NCBI RefSeq assembly: GCF_006345805.1
Contig: NW_021832126.1
Location: 310,001-374,000 of the forward strand
Direction: 5' to 3'
DNA length: 64,000 bases
Origin: Octopus sinensis
Lineage: Eukaryota
In this document: positions 49,902 through 63,549 of the stretch, piece by piece
How the letters are laid out: each line of letters begins with the position of its first letter
Position numbering within the stretch: position 1 is the first letter of the stretch
Notes under the pieces: model-generated
Databases searched by the model: none
The model's input: the letters and a program-made list of their open reading frames with translations, nothing else
What the model was told of the DNA's origin: nothing
Made by a program: the position numbers and the translations under genes

Positions 49902-52900
49902 CAGTAAACCAAAATAAAAAACGAATACTACATTTTTCTTAAAATTTCCAAGAAAGGAATCAAAAAAAATATCTAAATAGAATTTTAACAATATATAAAC
50001 AATAACTAATATTTTTATTTTTGCAAAAAATATATATTTACCGCCTTTTTACGGCAAAAGTATAATCTGAACCAAAATAAAAAACGAACAAAATTTTTTA
50101 TTTGTAAATGTTATTAAATATATGATTTTTTTTAATTATGAATATTTGGGACGTTATAATAACTTATTATGGCCAGACAATTGAGTTTTGAAGAAAAAAG
50201 AACAATTATCGGTATTTACAAATGCGGAAAGACGTATCGCGAAATACAACGTATAACTAAAAGATCACTTGATACCATATCGAAAACAATTCGAAAATAT
50301 AAACAAAATATTCCATGCACAAGAAAATATGGTTCTGGTGGTCCCCGGCTCCTAAATGAAGAAGATTTTAAAAAAATCAATAAGGCAAGGATTGAAGATA
50401 CAAATTTTAATTGCGTAAAATGTGCGAAGGCACTGAAAGAAGAAACTGGGAAAAATGTAACACCTGAAACAATCAGAAATACACTAAAACAAAGAGGTTT
50501 CAAAGCATTTCCGCCTACTAAAAGACCACATCTTACTAAAAAACACAAAGAACGAAGAATGGAAATCTGTCAAAGATGGTTATGCTACCATCTACTTATT
50601 GGAATCGCGTTATATTCAGCGACGAATGTAAATTCAACTTAGTAAACAACGACGGACAAAGATTTGTAAAAAAAAAAAAAAAAAAAAAAATTAAGCTCGT
50701 GGCGTTATGTGGTTCACCAACTCGCTTGAATCTTGCAATTCAGACGCATTTGGAAACGCTCAGGGGGTACCTAATACCCACCGGAAAAGAACCATCAAAA
50801 CTTGTCCCCCTGGTGACATCTTCGTCCCAGGACGATGCACCCTACCTAAGTCTCACTCCTCCCGGAGGACATCCGCAGCCCGAAGACGTAGAAAGCACTT
50901 CACGGCTCTCCAGCTAAACATCAACGGTATCAAAGGGAAGATCAGAGATCTCCGAAATCTCTTGTCTAACCAGAGAATTAACGTGGCCATGCTCCAAGAA
51001 ACCAAACTGTCACCGAATGACCACACCCCTTCATTCCCGGGATACAAGGCTATCCGGCTGGACCGGAAAGGGAAAGGAGGGGGCGGGCTTCTCACTCTAA
51101 TCAGAAACAACGTGAATTTCTCTGACATCTCCGCCGATGTGAGGAACATCATCGGGGCTGACGAAGTTTCCGAGTTAATCGGGATCTCGCTTGGCACATC
51201 GAAGGGCCGTTTATTGCTCGTCAATATGTACATCCCACCCCTCGGCTCTTGTCCACGAAGCTATTGCCTCCCTACTCTCTCCAATCTTGCACGGATAGAC
51301 GGGGTCATCTTATGCGGTGACCTCAATGCAAAACACCCCCTTTGGCTCTCTAATCAGTTGGCGGATACGAGAGGGAAATCTCTAATTTCCCAATTGGGCT
51401 CCTTAACCATCCTGAACGACCCTTCGAGAAACACAAGAACCCCATTCAGAGGGTCCGACAAACCCACGTCACCCGATGTAACATTATGCTCTCCTTCTCT
51501 GGCATCATCTACGGAGTGGTCAGTCTTCTATGAAACGAGAAGCGATCACAACCCGATAACGGTGAAGATCAAAAGAGAAGTTGTCACCAGGAAAGTTCCA
51601 ATTCCTTACAATTACAAAGCGGCCAACTGGCCACGGTTCCAAGAGATATTGAACACGAGACTAAAAAATTGCAATCTTTGCAACTTTAGCTCTCTCGACA
51701 AAGCCATTGGCCTCTTCTCGAAGATCATTCTGGAAGCAAGAGCAATGGCTATTCCTAAACGTCCACCTCACGCTGCTTGTAGTCGAAGGATATCCGGTCT
51801 GGCCAAGGAGAGAAATCGCCTCAAAAGGTCAAACCGGATGTCTTCTGACATAATTACCCGCATCCGTCACTTAAACAAGGAACTGAAGTCCAATGAACTC
51901 AGACACACCTATTTGAAATGGAATCGAATTCTTTCTACCGTGAACCGCAATCGTTCAACAAGTGAAGTGTGGAAAGCCATTCGGCACGTGGTCAGGGGGG
52001 ACGCTCCCGAACCTTTCGAAGATTTTGATAAAAAAGACGTGAACAACCTCATGAATTTCTATGCGAATAATGCACATAAAGATCACAGAAAATCCGACTC
52101 ACTCCCCTCCAACAGAAGCCTAAAAAAACGGGCTGAACCGCTCCTCCTCTCGGTAAAGGAGGTGGAAGATACCTTGCACTCAACAAAACCTTCTTACTCT
52201 CACGGCCCGGACAAAATCCCGGTGATCCTATTAAAAAACCTTGGCGTCGAAGGTGTCAGATTTCTAACAGCAATCTTCAACCATTCTATTAACAACAACG
52301 TAATTCCGGCTTTATGGAAACAGGCCTTAATAAGGCCGATACTGAAGCCTGGAAGACCAAGAGGGGACCCGGCTTCTTTCAGGCCGATTTCCCTGTTATG
52401 CTCGATGTCGAAAATCCTGGAAAGACTGGTTCTTGACAGAATAGAAGCTTTCTTACCCGAAAGACATTTTCAACATGGTTTTAAGAAGGCCAAGTCCACG
52501 TCTTCGTACCTCCAATCCTTGTCAAACTTCATCTGTACCGGTTTTGCAAGCAAACCGAGGCACCAAAAGACAGTGCTCTGCTCCGTCGACATCCATAAAG
52601 CCTTCGATTCCGTCTCGAGGAAGCTCCTCTCTAGGAAGATATTCCTATCCGACTTTCCTCCGAAGCTAAAAATATGGATTACCAACTTCCTAAGTGGACG
52701 AAGGGGAAGGGTGTGCCTCGGTGGTCTGAAGTCCAAATCTCGTCTTCTACCCAACGGAGTACCTCAGGGATCCCCCTTATCCCCGGCTCTCTTCAACCTA
52801 TTTTTGGAAGACCTCCCTCACTCCCTCGACAACAATGACATTGTTCTCTCTTACGCGGACGACATCGTGCTAGCCTCACGGGACCGGGACATCCAGAAGG

Positions 52901-54284
52901 CCTCTGAAAGGCTGCAAGCTAACTTGGATCGGCTGAACCTATGGCTGACGGACAACCGGCTCGTGGTAAACGCGGCGAAGTCCGCCACGTCCCTCTTCAC
53001 CTCGGATAAAAGATTGGGAAGGACGTCAGTCGACTTAAAGCTGAACAATATATCCGTTCCCTTCTGCAGGAGTCAGACGGTCCTAGGGGTAACCCTCGAC
53101 ATGCACCTCTGTTTCTCCCCTCATGTGGACAACCTCCTTCGCAAATGCGAACATAAACTGAACATTCTGCGAACTCTATCTGGTATTTGGAAAAACGGGT
53201 CGCACCCGGTACTGGCGAATATCTACCGCCAGTACTTCGAACCCTGTGTTGCGTACGCTTGCGGATCATGGGGTCCGCGGCTATCGTGGTCCAACAGGAG
53301 GCGAATCGAGGAGGCCCAACAAAGGGCCCTCAGATTAACCGATCGTTGGTCACTTGATAGCCAACGCCCCGGTCCAGCCTCTCTGGAAGACCTCATCAAG
53401 CTGAACCTGGGCCCGTCAGCGACTGCTCCGCCAAAACCAGCCTGCCGCCCTGTGCGATCTTGTGTGGGCTCGTGGGAAGACCACCGAGCGAGGATGAGGT
53501 CCCTGGTTGAGTGCATCGGGATCACGTGACATTTGTTCGGTTTTTTGCGTGGTCTTGGTGATTTAATAAATAAATAAATGGAGACAACAATCCGAAAAGT
53601 TTGTTTCACGTAATATTACTGAACCGTAAAATTTGGAAAAGGAAGTGTGATGATATGGGGTGCATTTACGTCTGAATATTTTAGTAATCTGGTTTGGATA
53701 AAAAAAATGAATGGATTATTGTATGTTAACATTTTGGCAAACAATTTGTTGCCATTTCTGGAAAAAATAGGATTATTGATCCAATTTTTCAACAGGACAA
53801 CGACCCAAAACACACATGTGTGCTTGCAAAAATATTCTTTGAGACTAATAATATCGAATTGCTACCTTGGCCAGCGCAAAGCTCGGATCTTGACCCCATT
53901 GAACACGTATGGAGCTATATGAAGGCAAAAATAAGGGGGAAATCGTATTCCAAAAAAGAAGAACTTTTTGAAGAATTACAAAAAATTTGGAATGAGATAG
54001 GAGTGGATTATGCAAGATCATTGGTAGGAACTACGAGTGAACGAATATTGTCTGTAATTGCGACACGTGGTGGGCATACTAAGTAAAAAGTAATTTTGTT
54101 CGTTTTTTATGTTTGTTCAGATTATACTTTTGCCGTAAAAAGGCGGTAAATATATTTTTTTGCAAAAATAAAAATATTAGATATTGTTTATATATTGTTA
54201 AAATTCTATTTACATATTTTTTTTGAGTCGTTTCTTGGAAATTTTAGGAAAAATCTAGTGTTCGTTTTTTATTTTGGTTTACTG
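49902..54284 (+). mobile_element. IR/DR-type Tc1 element (family 2) with nested LINE
   Basis: TA|CAGTAAACCAAAATAAAAAACGAA ... TTTTGGTTTACTG|TA; ~190-bp TIRs with an internal direct repeat (50067-50095). Transposase 50169-50667 and 53579-54086 (FSDECKF, VMIWG, QQDNDPKH, DLDPIE); frameshifted. Confidence 0.92.
50707..53529 (+). CDS. Intact 940-aa APE+RT ORF of a LINE (I/Ingi-Vingi-like); element ~50668-53578
   Basis: LQLNING, LQETKL, GDLNAKH, SPDVT, SDH, FRPISLL, QHGF, DIHKAFDSV, GVPQGSPLSP, YADD; no RNase H seen; (TAAA)n tail at 53564-53578. Confidence 0.9.
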   Translation: MWFTNSLESCNSDAFGNAQGVPNTHRKRTIKTCPPGDIFVPGRCTLPKSHSSRRTSAARRRRKHFTALQLNINGIKGKIRDLRNLLSNQRINVAMLQETKLSPNDHTPSFPGYKAIRLDRKGKGGGGLLTLIRNNVNFSDISADVRNIIGADEVSELIGISLGTSKGRLLLVNMYIPPLGSCPRSYCLPTLSNLARIDGVILCGDLNAKHPLWLSNQLADTRGKSLISQLGSLTILNDPSRNTRTPFRGSDKPTSPDVTLCSPSLASSTEWSVFYETRSDHNPITVKIKREVVTRKVPIPYNYKAANWPRFQEILNTRLKNCNLCNFSSLDKAIGLFSKIILEARAMAIPKRPPHAACSRRISGLAKERNRLKRSNRMSSDIITRIRHLNKELKSNELRHTYLKWNRILSTVNRNRSTSEVWKAIRHVVRGDAPEPFEDFDKKDVNNLMNFYANNAHKDHRKSDSLPSNRSLKKRAEPLLLSVKEVEDTLHSTKPSYSHGPDKIPVILLKNLGVEGVRFLTAIFNHSINNNVIPALWKQALIRPILKPGRPRGDPASFRPISLLCSMSKILERLVLDRIEAFLPERHFQHGFKKAKSTSSYLQSLSNFICTGFASKPRHQKTVLCSVDIHKAFDSVSRKLLSRKIFLSDFPPKLKIWITNFLSGRRGRVCLGGLKSKSRLLPNGVPQGSPLSPALFNLFLEDLPHSLDNNDIVLSYADDIVLASRDRDIQKASERLQANLDRLNLWLTDNRLVVNAAKSATSLFTSDKRLGRTSVDLKLNNISVPFCRSQTVLGVTLDMHLCFSPHVDNLLRKCEHKLNILRTLSGIWKNGSHPVLANIYRQYFEPCVAYACGSWGPRLSWSNRRRIEEAQQRALRLTDRWSLDSQRPGPASLEDLIKLNLGPSATAPPKPACRPVRSCVGSWEDHRARMRSLVECIGIT

Positions 54285-54286
54285 TA

Positions 54287-56100
54287 TAATCTCAATTGGC
54301 ATGGATCCCTCACATTTTGTTCTAAGAGCTCTCAATGTTGCTTCTATGTATACGACGAATAGAACCGGAGATAAAGAATCTTCTTGAGGTATTCCGAATT
54401 TTGTTCCGAAATGCTTAAATGTTGTGTTTCTGACTCGTGCAGTCAATTCAGTATTCGATAATAGGAAACGGACAAGTTTTATTTTGTCCTCATCAAGAAA
54501 ACTCATAACAATGTTCAACAATGCATTTCTGTTGACAGTATCAAGAGCATTGGACATGTTCACTTTCAAAATTCTAAAATCACTCATGTATCGTTGACAC
54601 GTGGCACACATTCACCTGTGGGACAAACACTATCTGGGGTCGAGCGTCCTTTTATGAACCCACTTTTTCACGGCGAAAAAAATTCATAAACATCAGAAGA
54701 CATTTGATTAAGGGTTATCCAATGACCCCAATAATATTACAGGCTTTAGATTTTTCGGTCCTTTGCTCTTTCCCGGTTTATTATTATTAAAAGCACTCCC
54801 GACAGGTCATAAAACTAATTAAGCTTCTCTTGTGCCGCATGAACAACAATACTGTCCCACAACCTTCTCTAGGTGCCTCTCCTCTTTGCCAATTCTCTCA
54901 GGTTGTCAAGATCATCAGCAGTTTCGAGTTTCCTACCAATAATTTTGAGATCCTGATTTAGCACGATGGAAGTGTTGTCCTCGGTCTTCCTCGGAATGCG
55001 TCTTCGCATTGCATGAAATATGTTTCCATAGCAATGTTAGCAGAAGTGGCGACGTCCATTCGCAGAATATGGCCAAATAGCCTCCATCGTGATTTCAGGA
55101 TTTCGATCGAAAGAATTTCTGAGTTACATAATTTGTATAGGTTGTCGTTTGTGATCTTCTGCGGGTAGCGGATGTTAAGTGCTGCACGTAATTGAGATCT
55201 ATGGAAACTGTCTAGTTTCTGATTTTCCAGTTTTGTAAGTCCCCAGGTTCCACAGTTGTAAGTAAGGATTGGCAATACAAACAAGTTGTATATCCTTTTT
55301 TTCGTTTTTCCAGTTAGCTTCTTTTTAGTTCCCCATAAAGACATTAGCTTTTTTTCCCGGTTTATGGAAAAAAATCAAAATTTCATCACCAAGTTTCAAA
55401 AAATGCGTCTCAAAATACCTTATTGAAAATTTGTTGTAATGAGAATTGGCAGTCCATCTGCTGCATATTTAATCATTTTTTCATGTATGTTGTCTGGTCC
55501 CGCTGCCCTGTTGTTGTTTAATTAGTTTCCTTTGTATATATCGGTAGATTCAGACTTTTTGATGATTTCTCAAATGGCTCTACATCTAAGGTTTCATTTT
55601 CATTTAAAACTCCTGAAAAAATATTCGACAATAATATTAGTTTCTTCTTTATTATCCAATACATTTTTTCCTTTACTGCTGTAAATATAAATATTCGTAG
55701 GTTGAACTCCCCTCTGCAAAAACGAACTCCTCGAAATATTTTTGTTCAGTGTCCGAATTTCTCAATTTAACTGACACGTTTGGCAATTTTCTGAACATAA
55801 ATTTTTTTCTACCTCCTTCTAATCTCCTTGACAGTACAATTTCTTTATCTTCTTAACTTGTTGTAAGTATCATAATCTTTACGTGATTTAATTCTCTGCC
55901 GCAATTTGTTTGTTTAATCAATAATGTTTCAATTTAAATTTCTCTTTAAATCATGCCGGTCTTTGTCTCCATCACGGTGAAACTTGCCTTCTTCATTCCA
56001 TTAACAATAGCATTCCAAATCATCTTTGGGAGATTTTCCATATTTATGTCCATAATCTCCTTCTTGATCGCCATAAAATAATCCTCACGCGTTGTCTTTA
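54287..56100 (-). mobile_element. Patchwork of degraded RTE-like fragments
   Basis: GIPQEDSLSPVLF (54279-54611); LTYNCGTW..RWRLFGHILR..RGRPRTTL with 3' tail (54780-55344); RAAGPDNI remnant near 55500. Confidence 0.75.
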
Positions 56101-56317
56101 TTTTTCCATAATAAAACGATCCAGATAAGCTCTATTCTTTCTAGCTCCACGGAAAATAAAAATAAATAAAAGTCTAATTAAAAATGTTCTAGTCTGACTC
56201 AATTGAATTTTAAGAAGAAATGAAGTAATTACAACCACAGAATATCTTAATTATCAAAATTAGAATTGTTTAGTAATTAAGAATAAAGAAATATTAGTAG
56301 AGCCAAATAAAGAAATA

Positions 56318-57515
<1,198 letters not shown>

Positions 57516-57659
57516 AGTTTTTTTCGTTTCTCGAAATCTAAAAAGTATTTCTTTTTATAGGTAAAAATATTGTTATTACTCAGCCATTAATTATAATGAA
57601 AACCATTAACCAAAAATAAAATTTTCCAAAAAAATCTTTTCGCTAAAGAATAAAAAATG

Positions 57660-59332
57660 TCATTTCAAAATGATTAAATTCCTCGACATATCAAAGCTGT
57701 TTCCATCCGGACAAAGACTGTAGATAGTCCCCGACTCCTCATCAAATACTTCCAGAAAGCCCCTTCTATCAAGTCCTCGAATCCTCACAGTAATATTCTT
57801 CTCTTTCAAAAACACAGTCGAATCTCTACCAATGCACATCCTCACTGCACTTACGAATGAAGCCACCATTGGTAGTACTGGGAGAAGAACCACTCAATCC
57901 CCTCTTCCTCCATCCTTTCAACGGTCTTCTTGATTAACTCCAATATCTTCCCAATCAACGTTGGGATCTCAATCCTGCTTTTCAAACCCAATGCCTCCAA
58001 AATAGAATTCAAACACAATGAAGGAGCCTCATTGGACACGTTAATCCCAATTCCTACACAAATCACCCAAACTTGACAACCACAAATAAATTTGACATAA
58101 TTGTTGTAAAAATGAGAACTAATGAGGACTCCCCCAACCTTGGATCCTTCATAATACAAGTCATTCGGCCACTTAATAGACAATCGCTGCAAATCAGCCT
58201 CAAACCACAACCAACCAATTTCTTGACAAGCCAGGAAGCCGCCTCAACCACAGAATAAGCACAAATATATTGCATTAACAAAGCCTGACCACCCAATTTA
58301 CTATTTTTTAAACACGTATAAGAAAATGAAAAAAGAGCACAACCAAGGGGGGACAGCCACTGATTATTACCCCTTCCTTACATAACACTCCAACAATTAC
58401 CTCTCCCACCACTTTGTCTATCAGCAATCACCACCATGTTCAAATCAGAAGAACATGTATTCATATAACAACATAAAACAACACAACTTACTCTTCCAAT
58501 ATTGTCTGAGTGGACTCACATATTTCAGCATGGATAACCACGTCTGTCCACGAAGAGATCACTTCCTTCACCGGATATGAATATTCCTCCACTGAACACA
58601 CCTTGTGCTTGTATTTGGATAAAATGACTTATCCTTGTCCTTGTTTTCAGACTATAAGGTCACCCCAAACAGTCACATTAAGAATAAAAACTGCAAATGT
58701 AGAGTCGGGGACAGAACAGTCTGGAGTTGACTGTAATTCTACGTTCAACTCGTTTAAAATGAGTTTTAATATGTCGGAGTTTTCAAACAAATTGAAAGTA
58801 CTTATTACTGCCCGGGAAAGATTTTTATCGACGCGGGAAATTAAAATTTGGGACATTGGATCTTCATTTCCTTGTTCTATCGCCAATACTTTGACGGTTA
58901 TTTCACTGGGGATATTCAAAATATTCAAATCAATGCTATTACCAAAAAAATCAATCTTTTTTCCACCAAAAATAGATTTTTGTGTGGCTGACCACGTGGA
59001 TGATTGTATTAGCTCAATATTTCTGGTTTTTGGAGGATTAAGAGTCATGAATTGGTGGATTGGACTGCCTACTGACAAAACAGTGCCTCCTTTGTTGAGA
59101 TATGACAATATTTTTGATTTATGATGATCATTTAGACTCGGGTGGGCAGAAATGAGAAGTCTACAATTATCTTCCCACGGATCCTATAATGGTGATGGGC
59201 TTATACAGTATGGAAGTGCTCTTCTTTAAGTTGATGGTAGCAGTATAAACTCGTTCCTAATACTTTTGAAAGAATAGTGTGTATTTTGCTGTAGGTATAT
59301 TTGATTGAGTCACAAAAGAGCACAACATTCAT
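57660..59332 (-). CDS. HLCS: Biotin-protein ligase / holocarboxylase synthetase
   Basis: PWEDNCRLLI, YLNKGGTVL, ESTQ, QSGGR|GRGNNQWLSPLGCALFSF, IKWPNDLY, KVGGVL, GIGINV, YYQWWLHS, PDGNSFDM. Confidence 0.92.
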
Positions 59333-59585
59333 CACGGTTTTTGTAAAGAATATATGTTTATTAAAAAGTAAATATTTTGGAATAAAATGTAATTAATCTT
59401 AAATTAGATATTATTGTATTAAATAATTAATTTAGTATTGTACCCTAATCATTTTACTTGGATCTTTATTGTCTGCCTTAAAGCATGAGAAAATAAAATT
59501 TATAATAAAAATTACGTATTTTTCTATATTAATTAATAAAAATATAAACTTGTTTTTAAATTGAATATTTTTTATAATAAATAAA

Positions 59586-60197
59586 ATGACGACAAATTTC
59601 ATGTTATTGTTCTTGTTGTGTACGTTTATAATTTCTGAAGATTATTCCTTTGAACTAGAAGACGGACAAATCGAATGTTTCAGCCAATATTTCCGAGCCG
59701 GTCTTCCCATGGACTTTTACTATCAAGTTTTCTCTGGAACAAACACTGAACTAAATGCCGTAATCTACCGCCCTGATGACCAAATTCTGCAAGTATTCGA
59801 CCAAGAATCAATTGGCTATGTCGACATGAACGCTCCTGTGGCGGGAATGTACCGTTTCTGTTTCGACAACACAATTTCCTACAGTTCGCACAAACTCGTC
59901 CACTTCAGCTTCAATCATTGGGACCACGAGAACGAGTTTGGAGAGGAGGTCAACTCGCCCACCGCCCTTTCTGCGGCGGAGAGTAGTATGGTCTCGATTC
60001 ACAACGCGTTGGAGGGGATTGGGGTTGACATTAAGGAAATTTCCATGACGGAAAAAAATGATGAGAATTATGCGACTATTTTGAGTAATTCGATTAAGAA
60101 TTGGGCCATGGTTTATTTTGTGGCATTATTTGGACTCAATGTGTCGTATTTGCTCTTTATGAAAAGTATGTTCTCCACTAGAAGAGATAGATTTTAG
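59586..60197 (+). CDS. p24/TMED family protein (gamma-type), intronless
   Basis: Signal peptide, GOLD domain FELEDGQIECF...GMYRFCFDNTIS..HKLVHF, coiled coil, C-terminal TM helix. Confidence 0.9.
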   Translation: MTTNFMLLFLLCTFIISEDYSFELEDGQIECFSQYFRAGLPMDFYYQVFSGTNTELNAVIYRPDDQILQVFDQESIGYVDMNAPVAGMYRFCFDNTISYSSHKLVHFSFNHWDHENEFGEEVNSPTALSAAESSMVSIHNALEGIGVDIKEISMTEKNDENYATILSNSIKNWAMVYFVALFGLNVSYLLFMKSMFSTRRDRF

Positions 60198-60379
60198 TCA
60201 TTTATTTCTTTTTTCTCAATAAAGCTCTAATTTGGTTAAAATTTAGTTGAATTTTTTTTTTAAACATTTTAATAGGATTGTTTTCTAATTAATTAAAAAA
60301 AATTATTAATTTCTTATTAAAAAATATTATTTTATGAATTCTAACCAGTATTAAATAATGAATATCTAAGCAACCATTT

Positions 60380-61225
60380 GAAACAACATTCGGAACACCT
60401 CAAGGGGATCCGTTATCTCCTCTACTGTTTGTCATATATCTGGGAGCTGCATTGAGAGAACTAAAACCATACTATGAAGGAAAGATCAATGTGGTGGCAT
60501 ACGCGGATGACGTGGATTTTATTTCTTCAGACAAGGACGCTCTGGAAAGTCTATTGGAGGTGATGCCAAATAGACTTGCAGAGTGGTTCCTCAATGTAAA
60601 TGTGAAGAAAACAGAATTTACTAAACTAGCAAGACAGAAGTCTAAGCTGGACGAACATTGGAGAAAAGTAAAGAAACTTGGATCTCTATTGGGAGACGAA
60701 CAAGACGTGATCATGCGGAAAACACATGCAAACAGTGCACTACGCAGCTTAAAGGAAAACTGGCTAAAACGCAAAGGACTCAGCACAAAAACACGGATAC
60801 GACTATACAATTCACTAGTGAAGCCAATACTCTTATATAACGCCGGAACTTGGGGACTTTCCGCTACAGACAATGACAACCTAGATTCTTTCCATAGAGA
60901 TCACCTCCGACGTACACTAGCCTCCAAGTGGCATTCAAGGCTGAGTAGCAGAACAGTTTATGCCAGAACATCAAGCAAACCAATCTCGCTCGAAATTACC
61001 GAATGCAGATGGAGGCTGTTTGGACATTTTCTAAGGATGGATTTGGATGCACCGGCAAACGCCGCTATGGAGGACTATTTCGAAGCTGGGGGTCATCGTT
61101 TCCGTGGGCGACCAAGAAATACTCTCCAGGGTACGCTGAATAGAGACCTAAAGAGGCTGGTAAGAATTGAAGGACGGGGACGATCTCGAAGCACTACGGG
61201 ACGTCGCCCAGATGCGGAAATGTAA
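60380..61225 (+). mobile_element. RTE-like LINE 3' fragment
   Basis: GTPQGDPLSPLLF, YADD, LLYNAGTW, RWRLFGHFLR, RGRPRNTL. Confidence 0.87.
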
Positions 61226-61272
61226 TTACCCGTATTTTTTCCTGTGCTGCACAAGCTTTGTATGATCCATGG

Positions 61273-63305
61273 CAGTGATCTCAAGTGCGGCCCCTAGGAT
61301 TTAATTTGCGGCCCCTAGGTTTTATAAATGTTTTATTTTTTAATTTAATATTTTTAAATTTTATGAATAAAAAAATGTCACGTTTTTTATTTGTTGTTGT
61401 GATGTCTGATTCTAAACGTTGTCGAAAACTTTCCGAGGAAAATAGGATTTTTCAACACATCTGGGAAGAAAATATTTCATTATTGAGATCAATGGAAAGG
61501 CTCTTTGCCTAATATGCCATTCTATTATTGCAACTCTAAAAACGTATACAATCGAACGGCACTACCGTTTCCACTCTATTCTTTATGACAAATTCACTGG
61601 TGTTTCTCGGACGAAAAAACTAAAACAAATGAAAGAAGATTATTTAAAACGATCATTTACTTTCAAAAGTGGCACATATTCGTCTAATATTAACCTGGCA
61701 TCATACAAAATTAGTTACCTATTGGCTAAAAATATGAAGCCTTATTCTGATGGCGAATTATATAAAACGGCAATCGAAATATTTGCATCGGAATGTTGTT
61801 CGACCACCGTTTTGGATATTGCACAAAAGTTACCTCTAAGTAACGATACTGTTACTAAAAGAGTCAGTTCTATATAATCTGATTAAAAATCTTTTCCAGT
61901 ATGAAATTGTTTCTTAATTTTTAGAATTTGTAAATATTTTCATTATTATTCTTTTGTAATTGATTGTTCCAAAGTTATTTCAGATACCGAACAATTAGTA
62001 GTGTTTATAAGGGGAGTAACATCTGACTTTCGAGTATACGAAGAATTTTTTTCATTGAATTCACTTCACGGAGAAACTAAAGGAACACAGATTTTTTCTC
62101 CAATTGTGAAATTAATTGAAGATTATCAACTGGATCCAAAAAAATTAGTTTCAATTTCAACTGATGGAGCCCCTTATATGATTGGCAGTAAAACTGGTTT
62201 TCGTGGACGTATGAATAAATGGAGGTGTGATAATAACTGGACTCCAGTATTATGGCATCATTGCATTATTCATCAGGAAAACCTAATTTCCAAAAATATT
62301 AAAATGGAAAATGTTTCTGAAGTAGTGATAAAAATTGTCAATTGGATTCGGGCGAACGCCTTGAATCACCGAAAATTTAAAACATTTTTAACTGAAACCG
62401 ATTCGGATTATGGCGATGTCCTTCTTTTCTCAGTAGTAAGATGGTTAAGCCGTAGCTCTTGTCTCAAAAGGTTAATTTCTTTTATTTTTATATTTAGATT
62501 TTATCAACTTCTCCCTGAAATTATTTTATTCACTGAAAATAAAGTGGACAATGCATTATTGAAAGACAATAGATGGGTAGCAGATTTAGCATTTTATGTG
62601 GATCTATCGGTGCATCTGTCTGCCCTAAATGTCGAACTACAAGGGGAAAATAAGCTAAATTATCAAATTTATGGATATATAAATGCCTTCGTTAAGAAAT
62701 TAATTTTATGGAAAGCGCAGATATCAAATAATGATTACACACATTTTCCTTATTTGTCAGAAAATTCCGAAAGTGGCTCAACTGATAAATATTTAAAAAT
62801 AATTGAAGATTTAAATTTGCAATTTGATGCAAGATTTCAGGTTTTTAGTATTTAATTTAAGCTGACAGAGCTTTAAAGAAGGTGCAAATTCAATGAGATT
62901 ATTTGCATCTCCATTAATTATGAAAAGTGAGGAGGTTTCCGGGATTTACCAACTGGAATTGATTGATTTGCAAAATGATGTTGAACTGAAAAGTTTGTTC
63001 AACAACATTTCAATAATTGACTTTTATTCGAGAATTCCAGAGAACCGATTTCCGAATTTAGTCAATAATGCAAAGAAAAATTTAGCAATGTTTGGATCAA
63101 CATATGTCTGCGAATCGACATTTAGTAAACTCGTTCGAATTAAAACAAAGTTTCGCAGCAGATTGACTGATACTCATCTGAGTGATTTGTTACGTACTTC
63201 AACAAGTAGAATTAAACCTAATTTTGATTATTTGGTTAATAAATAATTCTTAAAAATTATTTGCGGCCCCTGTAAATTTTTTTTTTTAATTTGCGGCCCC
63301 TGAGC
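61273..63305 (+). mobile_element. hAT (Buster/SPIN, GTF2IRD2-like) transposon, decayed
   Basis: CAGTG start, TGCGGCCCCT subterminal repeats at both ends; KPYSDGE, LSNDTV, STDGAP, HCIIHQE, VRWLSR, FGSTYVCESTFS, RSRLTD. Confidence 0.9.
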
Positions 63306-63549
63306 AAACTTGACAAAGTACCATACTAAGCAACACAAATTTTTTGGTACTTTTGTCGAAGTGGTCGCAGTTTTTTTAGGCCTTTTAAAAAATCTAATAA
63401 TTTTTGAGGTGGAATATATTATATTTTATTTAAGTCGCTCTATCAATAATTTAAAATATTATTAAATTTTTACTAATTTATTTTCTAATTTTTTTAATAT
63501 TATGGCGAGCATGTACCTAATATTGATATAAACTGGCACTATAGGTCAC

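Noticed and set aside
50800-50835. 2A-like peptide (GDIFVPGR) at the LINE N-terminus
   Set aside because: Lacks the required DxExNPGP consensus.
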